Of a stretch of 64,000 nt of DNA, positions 63,421 through 64,000 are shown piece by piece. Origin of the DNA: Chiloscyllium plagiosum (lineage: Eukaryota); contig NC_057723.1 of NCBI RefSeq assembly GCF_004010195.1, forward strand, positions 65,407,903 to 65,471,902, written 5' to 3'. Numbering within the stretch: the first letter of the stretch is position 1; each line of letters opens with the position of its first letter. The notes beneath the pieces were generated by a model. It had not been told where the DNA came from and made no database searches. It saw only the letters and a program-made list of their open reading frames with translations. A program made the position numbers and the translations under genes.

Positions 63421-64000
63421 AGTACTCCAGGGTTGATACCGTTGGCAAGGTACAATGCAAGGCTTCTATTATACTCTCCCACTAAATACTGTGGGATGGT
63501 TTAAGCATGTATGACATATAGTGCAAAGCATCCTCTACACTACACCAATAATTATTCACAGGTCAGGTGCAATATAGCCTGGAAAAAAATGTAAAGCTAT
63601 CTCTGCACAGCCCAATCAAATTCTTGCAGGGCAGATTTGGAAAACTACCCCATGCTGTATGATGATAATATATTTTATTGAAGCTCAAAAGTGTAACCCA
63701 ACTGCACTAGTGAGGCATTGTTCCATTTCCCACTAAGATCAAGAAAGGAGAAAAACCTATTAAGCAACCTTCATATATTTTTTCATAAGTGTGACTAATC
63801 CTGTCAGCAGGATTATAATTTGGATCATAACTTTTTCTCTCATTTGACAATAGTTGTCCTTATGTGGTTAAGCATACTGAGAATTATAAAATCTGTAAAA
63901 AAAAAAGGATATATATGTCAGATAATGACAGCTGGGATCACGTGTATCCATAGGACAGTAGGAGTATACATAAGAGGGAAATCAGGAGGGCAAAAAGGGG

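Noticed and set aside
1-64000. CRISPR arrays, operons, or prokaryotic/viral systems
   Set aside because: No regularly spaced repeats, no gene-dense region and no non-retroelement viral ORF. The DNA is vertebrate intron.

Overview
Eukaryotic, AT-rich and repeat-rich vertebrate DNA. The HE1 V-SINEs, SacSINE-like Deu-SINEs and CR1 LINEs point to a shark, probably a carpet or bamboo shark (inference). The window lies inside the RANBP17 gene (exportin-7 paralogue) on the + strand. Two coding exons are visible: 54487-54560 (VYVRISEALSLTDETRVLETFVAK) and 57382-57462 (VNNLKCWGRSELVISRTLQFLNDLSVG). The second is followed by a minor-spliceosome (U12, AT-AC type) donor, ATATCCTT. I found no other exon in bases 1-54486, so this stretch reads as the 3' part of one very large intron. 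It holds nested, decayed CR1, L2, Penelope-like (PLE), Gypsy (including a Gmr1-type) and Harbinger elements plus SINEs, with TE-free blocks that look like conserved enhancers. I found no novel protein-coding system, and almost all listed ORFs are TE fragments or noise. The most unusual signals are: (i) three independent local 'templated captures', where nearby intron DNA was copied into or next to a retroelement (1.8 kb into a Gypsy gag, 135 bp inside a PLE insertion with a TSD, 112 bp inverted at a CR1 5' end); (ii) PLE-borne minimal hammerhead ribozymes with compensatory stem changes, one intact in the host pre-mRNA sense; (iii) recurring 12-14 bp TSDs and fold-back structures of PLE insertions; and (iv) the U12 intron. 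Family names and human comparisons come from recalled consensus sequences and were not checked by search.
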